Positions 1 to 6,608 of a DNA stretch of 32,000 nt are shown here, in pieces. A program made the position numbers and the translations under genes. Each line of letters begins with the position of its first letter. Position 1 is the first letter of the stretch. The stretch lies in contig NZ_CP047960.1 of assembly GCF_014280195.1 (NCBI RefSeq), positions 1,290,001-1,322,000 on the forward strand. Reading direction: 5' to 3'. Origin of the DNA: Synechococcus sp. A15-24. GTDB taxonomy: Bacteria; Cyanobacteriota; Cyanobacteriia; PCC-6307; Cyanobiaceae. Below the pieces are notes generated by a model, which saw nothing but the letters and a program-made list of their open reading frames with translations, had not been told where the DNA came from and did no database searches.

Positions 1-374
1 AACACTGCGATGGCGGCAGCGAAATAGAGGCCCAGAAGTTCCAACAAATAGATGTTGAAACCAGCAGTGACGATGGCGTGGTAAATCGCCACGGTGATCG
101 TTCCGGCAATTGCCATGGCCCCCATACGGGTCAGCAAACCGGTGATCAGCAGCCAGCTACCGATGACCTCGGAGAAGGCCGCCACGTATGACAGAAGAAT
201 GGGGAAGGGAAGATGCAGAGGGCGAACAAACGCATCTGCGAAATTCTCGATATTGGCCAGTTTTTCGTAACCATGATGGATCAACAACGATCCAGTGAAT
301 ACGCGAAGAAACAGCAGACCAAGATCGGCCGCGATGGCACGAGTCAGGACGAGACGGATCATCGGACCGAACAT
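1..374 (-). CDS. DoxX family membrane protein (C-terminus runs off the left edge)
   Basis: Absent from the ORF track because it is truncated by the window edge. My reverse-complement translation from ATG at 374 reads MFGPMIRLVLTRAIAADLGLLFLRVFTGSLLIHHGYEKLANIENFADAF... It is multi-TM and has the LR-x-G-x-HG-x-KL pattern typical of DoxX. ATG at 362 is an alternative start. Confidence 0.6.
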   Translation of the reverse strand, partial: MFGPMIRLVLTRAIAADLGLLFLRVFTGSLLIHHGYEKLANIENFADAFVRPLHLPFPILLSYVAAFSEVIGSWLLITGLLTRMGAMAIAGTITVAIYHAIVTAGFNIYLLELLGLYFAAAIAV

Positions 375-459
375 AGACACATGAAAATTAATGAACTTTC
401 ATGTTCAACCGCGCGAAATCAAAGGGATAGGGGCGCGATTGAGTGTTTTTACCTAGCCG

Positions 460-777
460 TCAGTCGACGTCGTCCAGCTTCTCGTTGTGCTCCTTCTGCA
501 TCTCGACCATCTCAGCGCAGGTGAGGGCCGGTGCGTATTCGAAGTCAAGTCCGAACATGGAACGCCAGAACATGAAATGCCGGAACAAGGCCTTGGCATC
601 GGCGGCCTTGCAGATCACGCAAACCCGTCCGGACTCAGGCATGTGCAGACGAGCCACCAGTTCGAACCCGTCGAACTTGTCGCCCTCAGCGCCGGAGTCC
701 ATGTATTCGATGAAGGCGGTGTAGCCCTCGTCCTGCGTTTCAGTCGGGACCTGCCCGTTGCAGACGTAGTACTGCAT
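460..777 (-). CDS. Conserved hypothetical protein, DUF3303-like (105 aa)
   Basis: Track ORF 460..855. I prefer the internal ATG at 777 (MQYYVCNGQ...) because the N-terminal extension is Ser/Thr-rich junk that overlaps the cp12 3' end. The layout resembles DUF3303 as I recall it (GFELVARLH..., W-x-x-x-F-G-L-DFE-x-x-P). GC3-rich codons. Confidence 0.5.
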   Translation of the reverse strand: MQYYVCNGQVPTETQDEGYTAFIEYMDSGAEGDKFDGFELVARLHMPESGRVCVICKAADAKALFRHFMFWRSMFGLDFEYAPALTCAEMVEMQKEHNEKLDDVD

Positions 778-808
778 GGTTATTGAGAAGCAAGAAAAAA
801 GATCTGAT

Positions 809-1027
809 TCAGTCGTCGTAGACGAGGCACTCGGGCTCGTCTGGGTTCTGCTCACAGAACAGCTCGAGCGGTGACGGATCGTGGCTGTCGTTCGGAAATT
901 GCTTCTTGTGGTCCAGCAACCACTGCAGCTCTTCGGTGAGGTGGCGCACCTTTCCGTCGTTGTGCTCCGAAAGGGCTTTCAGGAACTCTTCCTGATCCTT
1001 CTGGATGTGTTCGTCGATGGTTTTCAT
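809..1027 (-). CDS. cp12: CP12 domain protein (Calvin-cycle GAPDH/PRK regulator), variant without the N-terminal Cys pair
   Basis: The 72-aa ORF ends in LFCEQNPDEPECLVYDD. This matches the CP12 C-terminal signature C-x3-P-x3-EC-x-YDD. A central LTEELQ sits where canonical CP12 has AWD-VEEL. Only the C-terminal Cys pair is present. Confidence 0.8.
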   Translation of the reverse strand: MKTIDEHIQKDQEEFLKALSEHNDGKVRHLTEELQWLLDHKKQFPNDSHDPSPLELFCEQNPDEPECLVYDD

Positions 1028-1213
1028 GGTTCAGGTCAGGCCTGCCAACCACTGCGTCGTAGCGGGGCAACCACCGTTGAATCAGTGAGTATTTCTACTT
1101 TTATCGGCGAAAGCACACATCGTCGAAGCCTGGTTTGCGATCAAGTCCTGTGACACATCAGTAGCCAGGTCGGCGCAAAGCATGGAGAGTCGGTTTGACA
1201 AAACAGAGCTCCT

Positions 1214-1372
1214 ATGCATCTCAATGAACGGGTCGTGCTGACGGGAGCCATTTTGTTTGGCCTCGGACTCGTGGCCGGGATCGCCATCGGATCTGCCACT
1301 GCCGTGTCAGCACTCACTCAGGGTGCCCCTGATGTTATGCAGAGCTGGTCCGGCGTGGTTGCGATGCCCTGA
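1214..1372 (+). CDS. Possible 52-aa single-TM micro-protein
   Basis: Below the 60-aa track threshold. My translation is MHLNERVVLTGAILFGLGLVAGIAIGSATAVSALTQGAPDVMQSWSGVVAMP, with one clear hydrophobic helix. It fills an otherwise empty gap between cp12 and the AllA-like gene. No family recognised. Confidence 0.3.
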   Translation: MHLNERVVLTGAILFGLGLVAGIAIGSATAVSALTQGAPDVMQSWSGVVAMP

Positions 1373-1378
1373 GGATTG

Positions 1379-1894
1379 TCAGATCAAAGCCAGAGGGCGT
1401 GGCTGGTCCACCGACCGGCAGTTGTGATCATCTTCATTGGTGGTCCGCAATTCGAGATTGAAAAACAAAGCGGATGCGGTGTTGAGAAATGGACCGGCAT
1501 GCCAGGTGCCTGGATGCAGCTTGACCCCCTCCCCCGGAAGCATCTTCATCAGCAACACCTGATCAGACGCAATCGAGCCATCAGCCCGGGGCGGGCCTGG
1601 AGGAGCCACAGCCAGCCACCACGCCTGAGCATCGGCTGACCCCAGACATTGACTCACCCGCTGGTGGGAGGTCATAGCTGCCAACACAGGTGGCCTGCGC
1701 CGGAGACGCATCAGGTAAAACCGTGGATGGCCGTCTGCATCGAAATGAAGCTCGGCGTCCTGGGGGCCGAAGGGTGAGGGATCGTCCTGCGGCAGCAGCA
1801 GGGTTCCGCAGCTGGAAAAGCGTGGATCGTCGGGGCGGATCGGCTGAAGCGTTGCGGCTGGAGAGCCGAGTAAGGACTCAACGGGCACCGACAC
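1379..1894 (-). CDS. Ureidoglycolate lyase (AllA)-like cupin-fold protein
   Basis: The 171-aa ORF aligns by eye to E. coli AllA motifs. SHQRVSQCLG...WWLAVA matches RHPLGTQAFIP...FVVVVA. GEGVKLHPGTWHAGPF...FFNLELR...DDHNC matches GEQGVNYHRNVWHHPLF...FLTIDRGGSDNCD. Confidence 0.6.
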   Translation of the reverse strand: MSVPVESLLGSPAATLQPIRPDDPRFSSCGTLLLPQDDPSPFGPQDAELHFDADGHPRFYLMRLRRRPPVLAAMTSHQRVSQCLGSADAQAWWLAVAPPGPPRADGSIASDQVLLMKMLPGEGVKLHPGTWHAGPFLNTASALFFNLELRTTNEDDHNCRSVDQPRPLALI

Positions 1895-2048
1895 TGATGC
1901 TCCCGACGCTGATCAACTGTTCCAGCCGTGCGCTGAGCTTCTGCTCGGTGCGATCGAAGTGATCGTGATTGCCCGCCATGAAGGCAAGCTCCTCACTGGT
2001 GATCACCTGATGGGTGACAGCATCCAGGTAGATCTGGACAAGGGACAT
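1878..2048 (-). CDS. Mini-protein, 56 aa, paralog of the 6395..6580 product (possible minimal winged-helix)
   Basis: Track ORF 1878..2126 (82 aa). From the internal ATG at 2048 the product MSLVQIYLDAVTHQVITSEELAFMAGNHDHFDRTEQKLSARLEQLISVGSISVGAR aligns without gaps from Met1 to the 6395..6580 protein, with 22 of 56 residues identical. This supports the shorter start. The 3' end overlaps the AllA-like start by 17 nt. Confidence 0.6.
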   Translation of the reverse strand: MSLVQIYLDAVTHQVITSEELAFMAGNHDHFDRTEQKLSARLEQLISVGSISVGAR

Positions 2049-2124
2049 CTCTTCGACGTCGTCAGTATTCAATCCTGGCAACAATGCACAGGATCCGTAG
2101 GCGTCCGCCAACACCGACAACGCC

Positions 2125-2622
2125 ATGGAACGCTCCCAGATTCAGAGCTTGATCAAACAGTGCGCCGGTGGTCTGTTCGACCTGGCCTGTGCGGTGAGTG
2201 GTCGTGTCAACTGGGATCTCAGCCTGCCCGTGGGTGTGATCGATGCCAGGCGCAGCACCCCGAAGTTGATGGTCACCGCAGTGGGCACCATCAATTCGAT
2301 GGTGCGGGCATCCGCCACCATCGGTCATCCCCTGATGCGGCGATTCTTCGAACGGATGGAGGCCGTGGGCGTGGAGCAGGCCCTGAAGGAGTCCAACGAT
2401 GGGGCCGATGCCGATGCCTTTTCTGAGGTCTGGCAGGCCTACAAGGAGGAGCGGCGCCAGGGCGATGCACCGATGTGGAGCATGGAGGACGCGACGGACT
2501 TCGTGATGAAATCGCGCGAAGCCCACAGTGACCGCGAGGTCGCCTGCGTGGCCATATTGCCGGGGGATCCCCATGCCATCGTCACCTTTTCAGTGCCGAT
2601 TGCGTTCCTCACCCAGGGGTGA
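2125..2622 (+). CDS. Conserved hypothetical protein (165 aa)
   Basis: GC3-rich ORF. Its stop TGA (2620-2622) is followed directly by the ATG of the TauE-like gene (TGAATG). No family recognised. Confidence 0.55.
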   Translation: MERSQIQSLIKQCAGGLFDLACAVSGRVNWDLSLPVGVIDARRSTPKLMVTAVGTINSMVRASATIGHPLMRRFFERMEAVGVEQALKESNDGADADAFSEVWQAYKEERRQGDAPMWSMEDATDFVMKSREAHSDREVACVAILPGDPHAIVTFSVPIAFLTQG

Positions 2623-3399
2623 ATGAGCTTTGATCCACTGCTGCAGGTTGGGCTCGCTGTCATCGCGGTGATCGCCAATGCTTTATCGGCATTTGCCGGG
2701 GGCGGGGCAGGACTGGTGCAGTTACCGGCACTGATCCTGCTTGGGCTCCCCTTCGCCTCGGCTCTCGCCACCCACAAAGTGGCCAGTGTTGCCTTAGGGA
2801 TTGGGGCTGCAGGACGGCACTGGCGGGCCAGCAGCCTGAACCGCAGCCTCTCCGGCTTGATCCTGCTGGCTGGTTTACCCGGTGTGTGGCTGGGTGCCAA
2901 TGCTGTTCTGGCCATCCCAGACCGATTCGCTACGGCAGCACTGGGATTGCTCACACTGGGCCTTGGTGTGTATTCAGCGCGGCGGTCTGAATTGGGCCGA
3001 ACGGACAACCCAGCGCCTTTGAACACACAAACGGTTGGTATCGGGGCGGCAGTGCTGTTTGGGATCGGAATCCTCAACGGATCCCTCACATCAGGGACTG
3101 GGCTGTTCGTGACTCTTTGGTTGGTCCGCTGGTTTGGATTGAGCTACTCACGAGCCGTTGCCCACACGCTGATCCTCGTGGGTCTGGGATGGAACGGCAG
3201 CGGTGCCCTGGTGCTTGGATTCAGCGGTGAGATCCACTGGGCGTGGTTGCCAGCATTGATCGCGGGATCCCTGATCGGGGGCTACCTCGGAGCACACCTG
3301 TCGTTGGTGAGGGGAAGCGGAATGGTGAAACGGGCTTTTGAAGCTCTGGCCCTGCTCATGGGCGCTTCACTGCTGATCAGAGCCTTCGGGTCCATGTGA
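2623..3399 (+). CDS. TauE/SafE (TSUP, DUF81) family anion exporter
   Basis: 258 aa, polytopic and Gly/Ala/Leu-rich. The N-terminal ...ALSAFAGGGAGLVQLPALILLGLP... motif and the repeated half-topology are typical of the TSUP family. Confidence 0.85.
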   Translation: MSFDPLLQVGLAVIAVIANALSAFAGGGAGLVQLPALILLGLPFASALATHKVASVALGIGAAGRHWRASSLNRSLSGLILLAGLPGVWLGANAVLAIPDRFATAALGLLTLGLGVYSARRSELGRTDNPAPLNTQTVGIGAAVLFGIGILNGSLTSGTGLFVTLWLVRWFGLSYSRAVAHTLILVGLGWNGSGALVLGFSGEIHWAWLPALIAGSLIGGYLGAHLSLVRGSGMVKRAFEALALLMGASLLIRAFGSM

Positions 3400-3624
3400 A
3401 CTCTGTTCAGCATCTGGAGCAAGAAAGCGGCCGGCATAGCGCGTGGCCATCACCACGGTGGCGGCTCCGTAGCCGATGAAGGTGACGGCCTGGCCGGACG
3501 TGCCGGTCTCGTACACCTCACCGGTCAACAGCATCCAGTCCATCAGAGAGGCGACGGTGCCCCAGATCACCACCCATACCGACACGTAGGTGATCCCTCG
3601 CCATGTCTTGTTCATGCTGGTCAT
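3367..3624 (-). CDS. Small two-TM membrane protein (85 aa)
   Basis: Track ORF 3367..3705. I prefer the internal ATG at 3624 (MTSMNKTWRGITYVSVWVVIWG...) or at 3615, because the longer form would overlap the divergent DUF1993 gene. Two hydrophobic helices. The 3' end overlaps the TauE 3' end by 33 nt (convergent). Confidence 0.45.
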   Translation of the reverse strand: MTSMNKTWRGITYVSVWVVIWGTVASLMDWMLLTGEVYETGTSGQAVTFIGYGAATVVMATRYAGRFLAPDAEQSSHGPEGSDQQ

Positions 3625-3656
3625 CACTGCTGCGAAGAGGCTAAAGAAGAAAGCCC

Positions 3657-4199
3657 ATGCGCCAGACCCCGTTGTCGCGCTCCTTCCACGCTGCCCTGGT
3701 TCCACCCCTGGTGAAGAACCTCAGCAACCTCAGCCATCTGCTGAAACGGGCCGAAGTCCACGCCAAGGAGAGTGGCTTCCCCATTGAGGTGTTGCTGACG
3801 AGCCGCCTTTACCCGGACATGTTCGACTGCACCCGTCAGGTGCAGATCGCAACGGACATCTCCCGTCGCGGCGTGGCCCGACTCGCCGGTTGCGAGGCAC
3901 CTGTGATGGACGACAACGAAACGAGCGTGGAACAGCTGCTCGAGCGGATCAGCAGAAGCATCAGTTTCATGGAAGGCGTTGATCCCGTCGACCTTGATGG
4001 GGCCGAACGGAGGCAGATCCGACTCCCCATCCCAGCAAGCATGGGAGGGGGTGAGCGTGTCTTTGAAGGTGAGGACTTTCTCCGGTCCTTCGTGCTTCCG
4101 AATGCTTATTTCCACGTGAGCACCGCCTTTGCCATCCTGCGGCACAACGGTGTGCCGATCGGAAAGTTCGATTACCTCCTTGGCGAAGAGGCTCCTTGA
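3657..4199 (+). CDS. DUF1993 (DinB-like four-helix bundle) family protein
   Basis: The 180-aa ORF carries the motifs I associate with DUF1993: LL-x-RL-x-PDMF, QVQIATD, E-x-P-x-x-D-x-E-T-S, FVLPN-x-YFH and AILRHNGVP-x-GK-x-DYLG. Confidence 0.8.
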   Translation: MRQTPLSRSFHAALVPPLVKNLSNLSHLLKRAEVHAKESGFPIEVLLTSRLYPDMFDCTRQVQIATDISRRGVARLAGCEAPVMDDNETSVEQLLERISRSISFMEGVDPVDLDGAERRQIRLPIPASMGGGERVFEGEDFLRSFVLPNAYFHVSTAFAILRHNGVPIGKFDYLLGEEAP

Positions 4200-4242
4200 G
4201 GGGCAGCTGCTCCCGTAATCTCACGCAGCTACAGACGAGGAG

Positions 4243-4512
4243 ATGCCGAAGAAGCGCCGGAAGCTCAACAAGGAAATGGAAGCCGACATGGCAGCCGCCA
4301 AGCGCAAGATCGAGCTGATCTCTGCGCTGATCAACGACATCCGCGACGAAGACATCCAAGGGGAGTACCTGGAAGCCTTCGGCCAGGTGCGTTCAGCGGT
4401 GGTGAATCTTGTGGCCAAATACACCACCGATGGCTTCTGCGAGGAAACCGAAGGTTTACTGGCTCTTTACAAGGGCCTCATCGATCAGTTCGAAGCGGAC
4501 TACGAGCTCTGA
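4243..4512 (+). CDS. Conserved hypothetical protein (89 aa, Lys/Arg-rich N-terminus, helical)
   Basis: Clean GC3-biased ORF, MPKKRRKLNKEMEADMAAAKRKIELISALIND... No family recognised. Confidence 0.5.
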   Translation: MPKKRRKLNKEMEADMAAAKRKIELISALINDIRDEDIQGEYLEAFGQVRSAVVNLVAKYTTDGFCEETEGLLALYKGLIDQFEADYEL

Positions 4513-4513
4513 C

Positions 4514-4557
4514 ATCGGGCGGCCGACACCCGCACGAACAATCCGCTGATTTTTTTT
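4514..4557 (+). terminator. Putative rho-independent terminator
   Basis: An imperfect stem pairs ATCGGGCGG (4514-4522) with CCGCTGAT (4543-4550). It has one bulge and one G-U pair, and a long loop. It ends in a T8 run (4550-4557) just after the 4243..4512 stop. The T-run is the strongest element and the stem is weak. Confidence 0.3.
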
Positions 4558-4591
4558 GATTAGGGGATAATCAGGACATTCGGATCGACCC

Positions 4592-4717
4592 ATGCCCCTC
4601 CGGCACAACAAACCTCAGGTTTCGCCCCTTCGCCTGAAGATCACGGTGCTCATCGCTGGCCTTGGCCCTCTGATCGCCATTAGCTTGTGGCTGGAATCCA
4701 AAGGTTTCTTCAGTTGA
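4592..4717 (+). CDS. Possible 41-aa single-TM micro-protein
   Basis: Below the track threshold. My translation is MPLRHNKPQVSPLRLKITVLIAGLGPLIAISLWLESKGFFS. Its TGA (4715-4717) overlaps an in-frame TTG (4714-4716) of the downstream barrel gene as TTGA. Confidence 0.3.
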   Translation: MPLRHNKPQVSPLRLKITVLIAGLGPLIAISLWLESKGFFS

Positions 4718-5619
4718 TAAGTGTTGTTCGTTCTTTTCAAGCCACGCTGTTGCTGTCGTTGCTGACGGGTTCAGCTGTGCGTGCTGAAACAATTCAGCTC
4801 AAACTCAAAAACGGTGACACCATCAATGGCGAACTGATCCAAGAGGAGAGCACCGAGGCGCTGAAGGTGCTGATGCATCCCCAGCTCGGACGACTGGAAG
4901 TGAGCCAGGACGCCATACAGCCTGCCAAGAAGACGCCCAAATGGACATCAACCATCTCCGCGGGAGTGAATGCCGGAAATCAGGATGGCGATGGAACCTT
5001 CTCAGCCAATATCAACGGCACCAGCAACTACAAAAACAAATCAAATCAATTAAAAATTGAAGCTGGCTTGAATTACGGAAAAAATAAAGACAAGGGAAAA
5101 TCACCTGAGGTCAAGACGGATCAAGGGATGGCCTCCGTCCGCTACGACCGGTCACTGACCGAGAAGCTGACGATCTACGCAAAAAGTGGCTACCGATACA
5201 ATGGTCTCAACGATTCTGGGATCAATATTTTTGATGGATCAGTCGGAATCGGACTTCCCCTGATCACCAACACCTCCACCCAAGCAATATTATCCCTTGG
5301 CCCCAAAGTTCACTGGAGCAATGGCGGGAAAGATTGTGATAGCAATGAATTCTGCGGCAACGCCTATGGAGGCGGAACCCTGATCGCAGACCTCAGCTGG
5401 TCTCCACACAAGTCGTTCCAGTTGAAATTAGAAAACAGCCTTTCAGCCATCGCCGCCTCCGAGGTGAAACCCACGAACACCTTCACAGCAACGCTCAAAT
5501 ATTTCCCCAGGTTCACGAGCGGACTGTTCACATCCTTACGCTACGCATCCATCTACAACAGCATGAGCACACCGGAAAGTGACAACCGAATCACTGGCCA
5601 GGTGGGCTACGAGTTTTAA
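4687..5619 (+). CDS. DUF481-like outer-membrane beta-barrel protein
   Basis: The 310-aa ORF starts at GTG 4687, with an in-frame TTG at 4714 as an alternative. A signal peptide ends in AVRA/ET. The body shows alternating amphipathic beta-strand patterns rich in Gly/Asn/Ser/Tyr. The C-terminal ...GQVGYEF ends in an aromatic Phe, as typical of OMPs. GC is markedly lower than in the neighbours. Confidence 0.7.
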   Translation: MAGIQRFLQLISVVRSFQATLLLSLLTGSAVRAETIQLKLKNGDTINGELIQEESTEALKVLMHPQLGRLEVSQDAIQPAKKTPKWTSTISAGVNAGNQDGDGTFSANINGTSNYKNKSNQLKIEAGLNYGKNKDKGKSPEVKTDQGMASVRYDRSLTEKLTIYAKSGYRYNGLNDSGINIFDGSVGIGLPLITNTSTQAILSLGPKVHWSNGGKDCDSNEFCGNAYGGGTLIADLSWSPHKSFQLKLENSLSAIAASEVKPTNTFTATLKYFPRFTSGLFTSLRYASIYNSMSTPESDNRITGQVGYEF

Positions 5620-5622
5620 ATC

Positions 5623-6057
5623 ATGTTGATGCCACCCCTCTATTCTGAATCCCTACGCCAACTGTTCACCAAGCCCTATGGCGAAGCTGGGCCAACAGCC
5701 GAGCAGTGGAAAGCGGTTTATGCCGACGACGTGCACTTCATCGATCCGACCCAGGAAAGGCAGGGCGTTGATGCTTATATCAAGGCGCAGGAAGGCTTGA
5801 TCCAGCGATGCGACGATGTGTTCCTGGAAACAAGCCATGTTGCTGTGACAGGGAACCTGGCCTTTGTGGAATGGCGGATGGGCCTCAAAATCAAAGGTGT
5901 GGAGTTCATCTACCCAGGCACAACCCGGCTTGTCTTTGGGGAAGACGGGCGAATTGTCAAGCACCGGGACTACTTTGACTTTGTTGGCCCAACGTTCGGC
6001 CCCGTTCCGATTATTGGACCTTTCGTTCGTTGGATCTACAAACGCTTTGTGTCTTGA
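5623..6057 (+). CDS. NTF2-like / SnoaL-like fold protein
   Basis: 144 aa, starting 3 nt after the barrel gene stop. The pattern YADDVHFIDP...VAVTGNLAFVEWRMGLKIKG...TRLVFGEDGRIVKHRDYFD fits the alpha+beta cone of the NTF2 / SnoaL superfamily. No signal peptide. Confidence 0.65.
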   Translation: MLMPPLYSESLRQLFTKPYGEAGPTAEQWKAVYADDVHFIDPTQERQGVDAYIKAQEGLIQRCDDVFLETSHVAVTGNLAFVEWRMGLKIKGVEFIYPGTTRLVFGEDGRIVKHRDYFDFVGPTFGPVPIIGPFVRWIYKRFVS

Positions 6058-6113
6058 CGTTGCCCCCAAAGCAGTAAAAATTGGGGCATGATGATTGGAT
6101 CCAACCCAACTTG

Positions 6114-6278
6114 ATGGATCACGAGCTCGACAAAATCATTGCCTGGATTGATGACAGGGATGCTGATGCCGAGCAGTGGCTCAACGAGCAGGCTGCTGAG
6201 CGGTTCAACCTGCGAGCAGAATCCGAGATTAATGATTACATCCAGACCATTCTTTCGTCAGACCTTTTGCCTGACTGA
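6114..6278 (+). CDS. Small acidic hypothetical protein (54 aa)
   Basis: The track ORF starts at TTG 6081. I prefer ATG 6114 (MDHELDKIIAWIDDRDADAEQWLNEQAAERF...). Highly acidic and helical. No family recognised. Confidence 0.4.
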   Translation: MDHELDKIIAWIDDRDADAEQWLNEQAAERFNLRAESEINDYIQTILSSDLLPD

Positions 6279-6289
6279 ACCAACAGCCC

Positions 6290-6318
6290 TGCCGCCGCAG
6301 GCCCATTGGTCGGCGGCA
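6290..6318 (+). terminator. Stem-loop downstream of the 6114..6278 ORF (no U-tail)
   Basis: A perfect 8-bp GC-rich stem pairs TGCCGCCG (6290-6297) with CGGCGGCA (6311-6318) around a 13-nt loop. No T-run follows, so terminator function is uncertain. Confidence 0.25.
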
Positions 6319-6394
6319 CTGGCGTGAAGAAATTTAAGCAGGTCATGCAAGCGACCAGCAGCCCATCCAAGGTCTGTGTACCCGCAGTAGTGAA

Positions 6395-6580
6395 ATGACC
6401 CTCGGTCAGCTATTCCTCGAAGCGATGTCAAGCGGTGTGATCACCAACGGTGAGATGACCTGGATCACAGACCATCAAGCTCAGTTCAGTCGAACAGAAG
6501 AAGCGGTCGCCCTGCGGCTGGGACGACTGATCGATGAAGGAAGCATCCAATTGGGGTGCCGGATGCCTTTGAACAACTAA
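6395..6580 (+). CDS. Mini-protein, 61 aa, paralog of the 1878..2048 product (possible minimal winged-helix)
   Basis: MTLGQLFLEAMSSGVITNGEMTWITDHQAQFSRTEEAVALRLGRLIDEGSIQLGCRMPLNN. It shares 22 of 56 identities, without gaps, with the other copy. The shared motif is VIT-x2-E-x10-F-x-RTE-x5-RL-x2-LI-x2-GSI-x2-G. Confidence 0.6.
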   Translation: MTLGQLFLEAMSSGVITNGEMTWITDHQAQFSRTEEAVALRLGRLIDEGSIQLGCRMPLNN

Positions 6581-6608
6581 GCCCAACAACGTCGAACAGG
6601 GTGACGCG

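Noticed and set aside
1878-2126. The 82-aa long form of the mini-protein, whose ATG would overlap the ATG of the divergent 2125..2622 gene at CCATGG.
   Set aside because: Homology to the paralog begins exactly at the internal Met (2048). The long form would leave no promoter space for either divergent gene.
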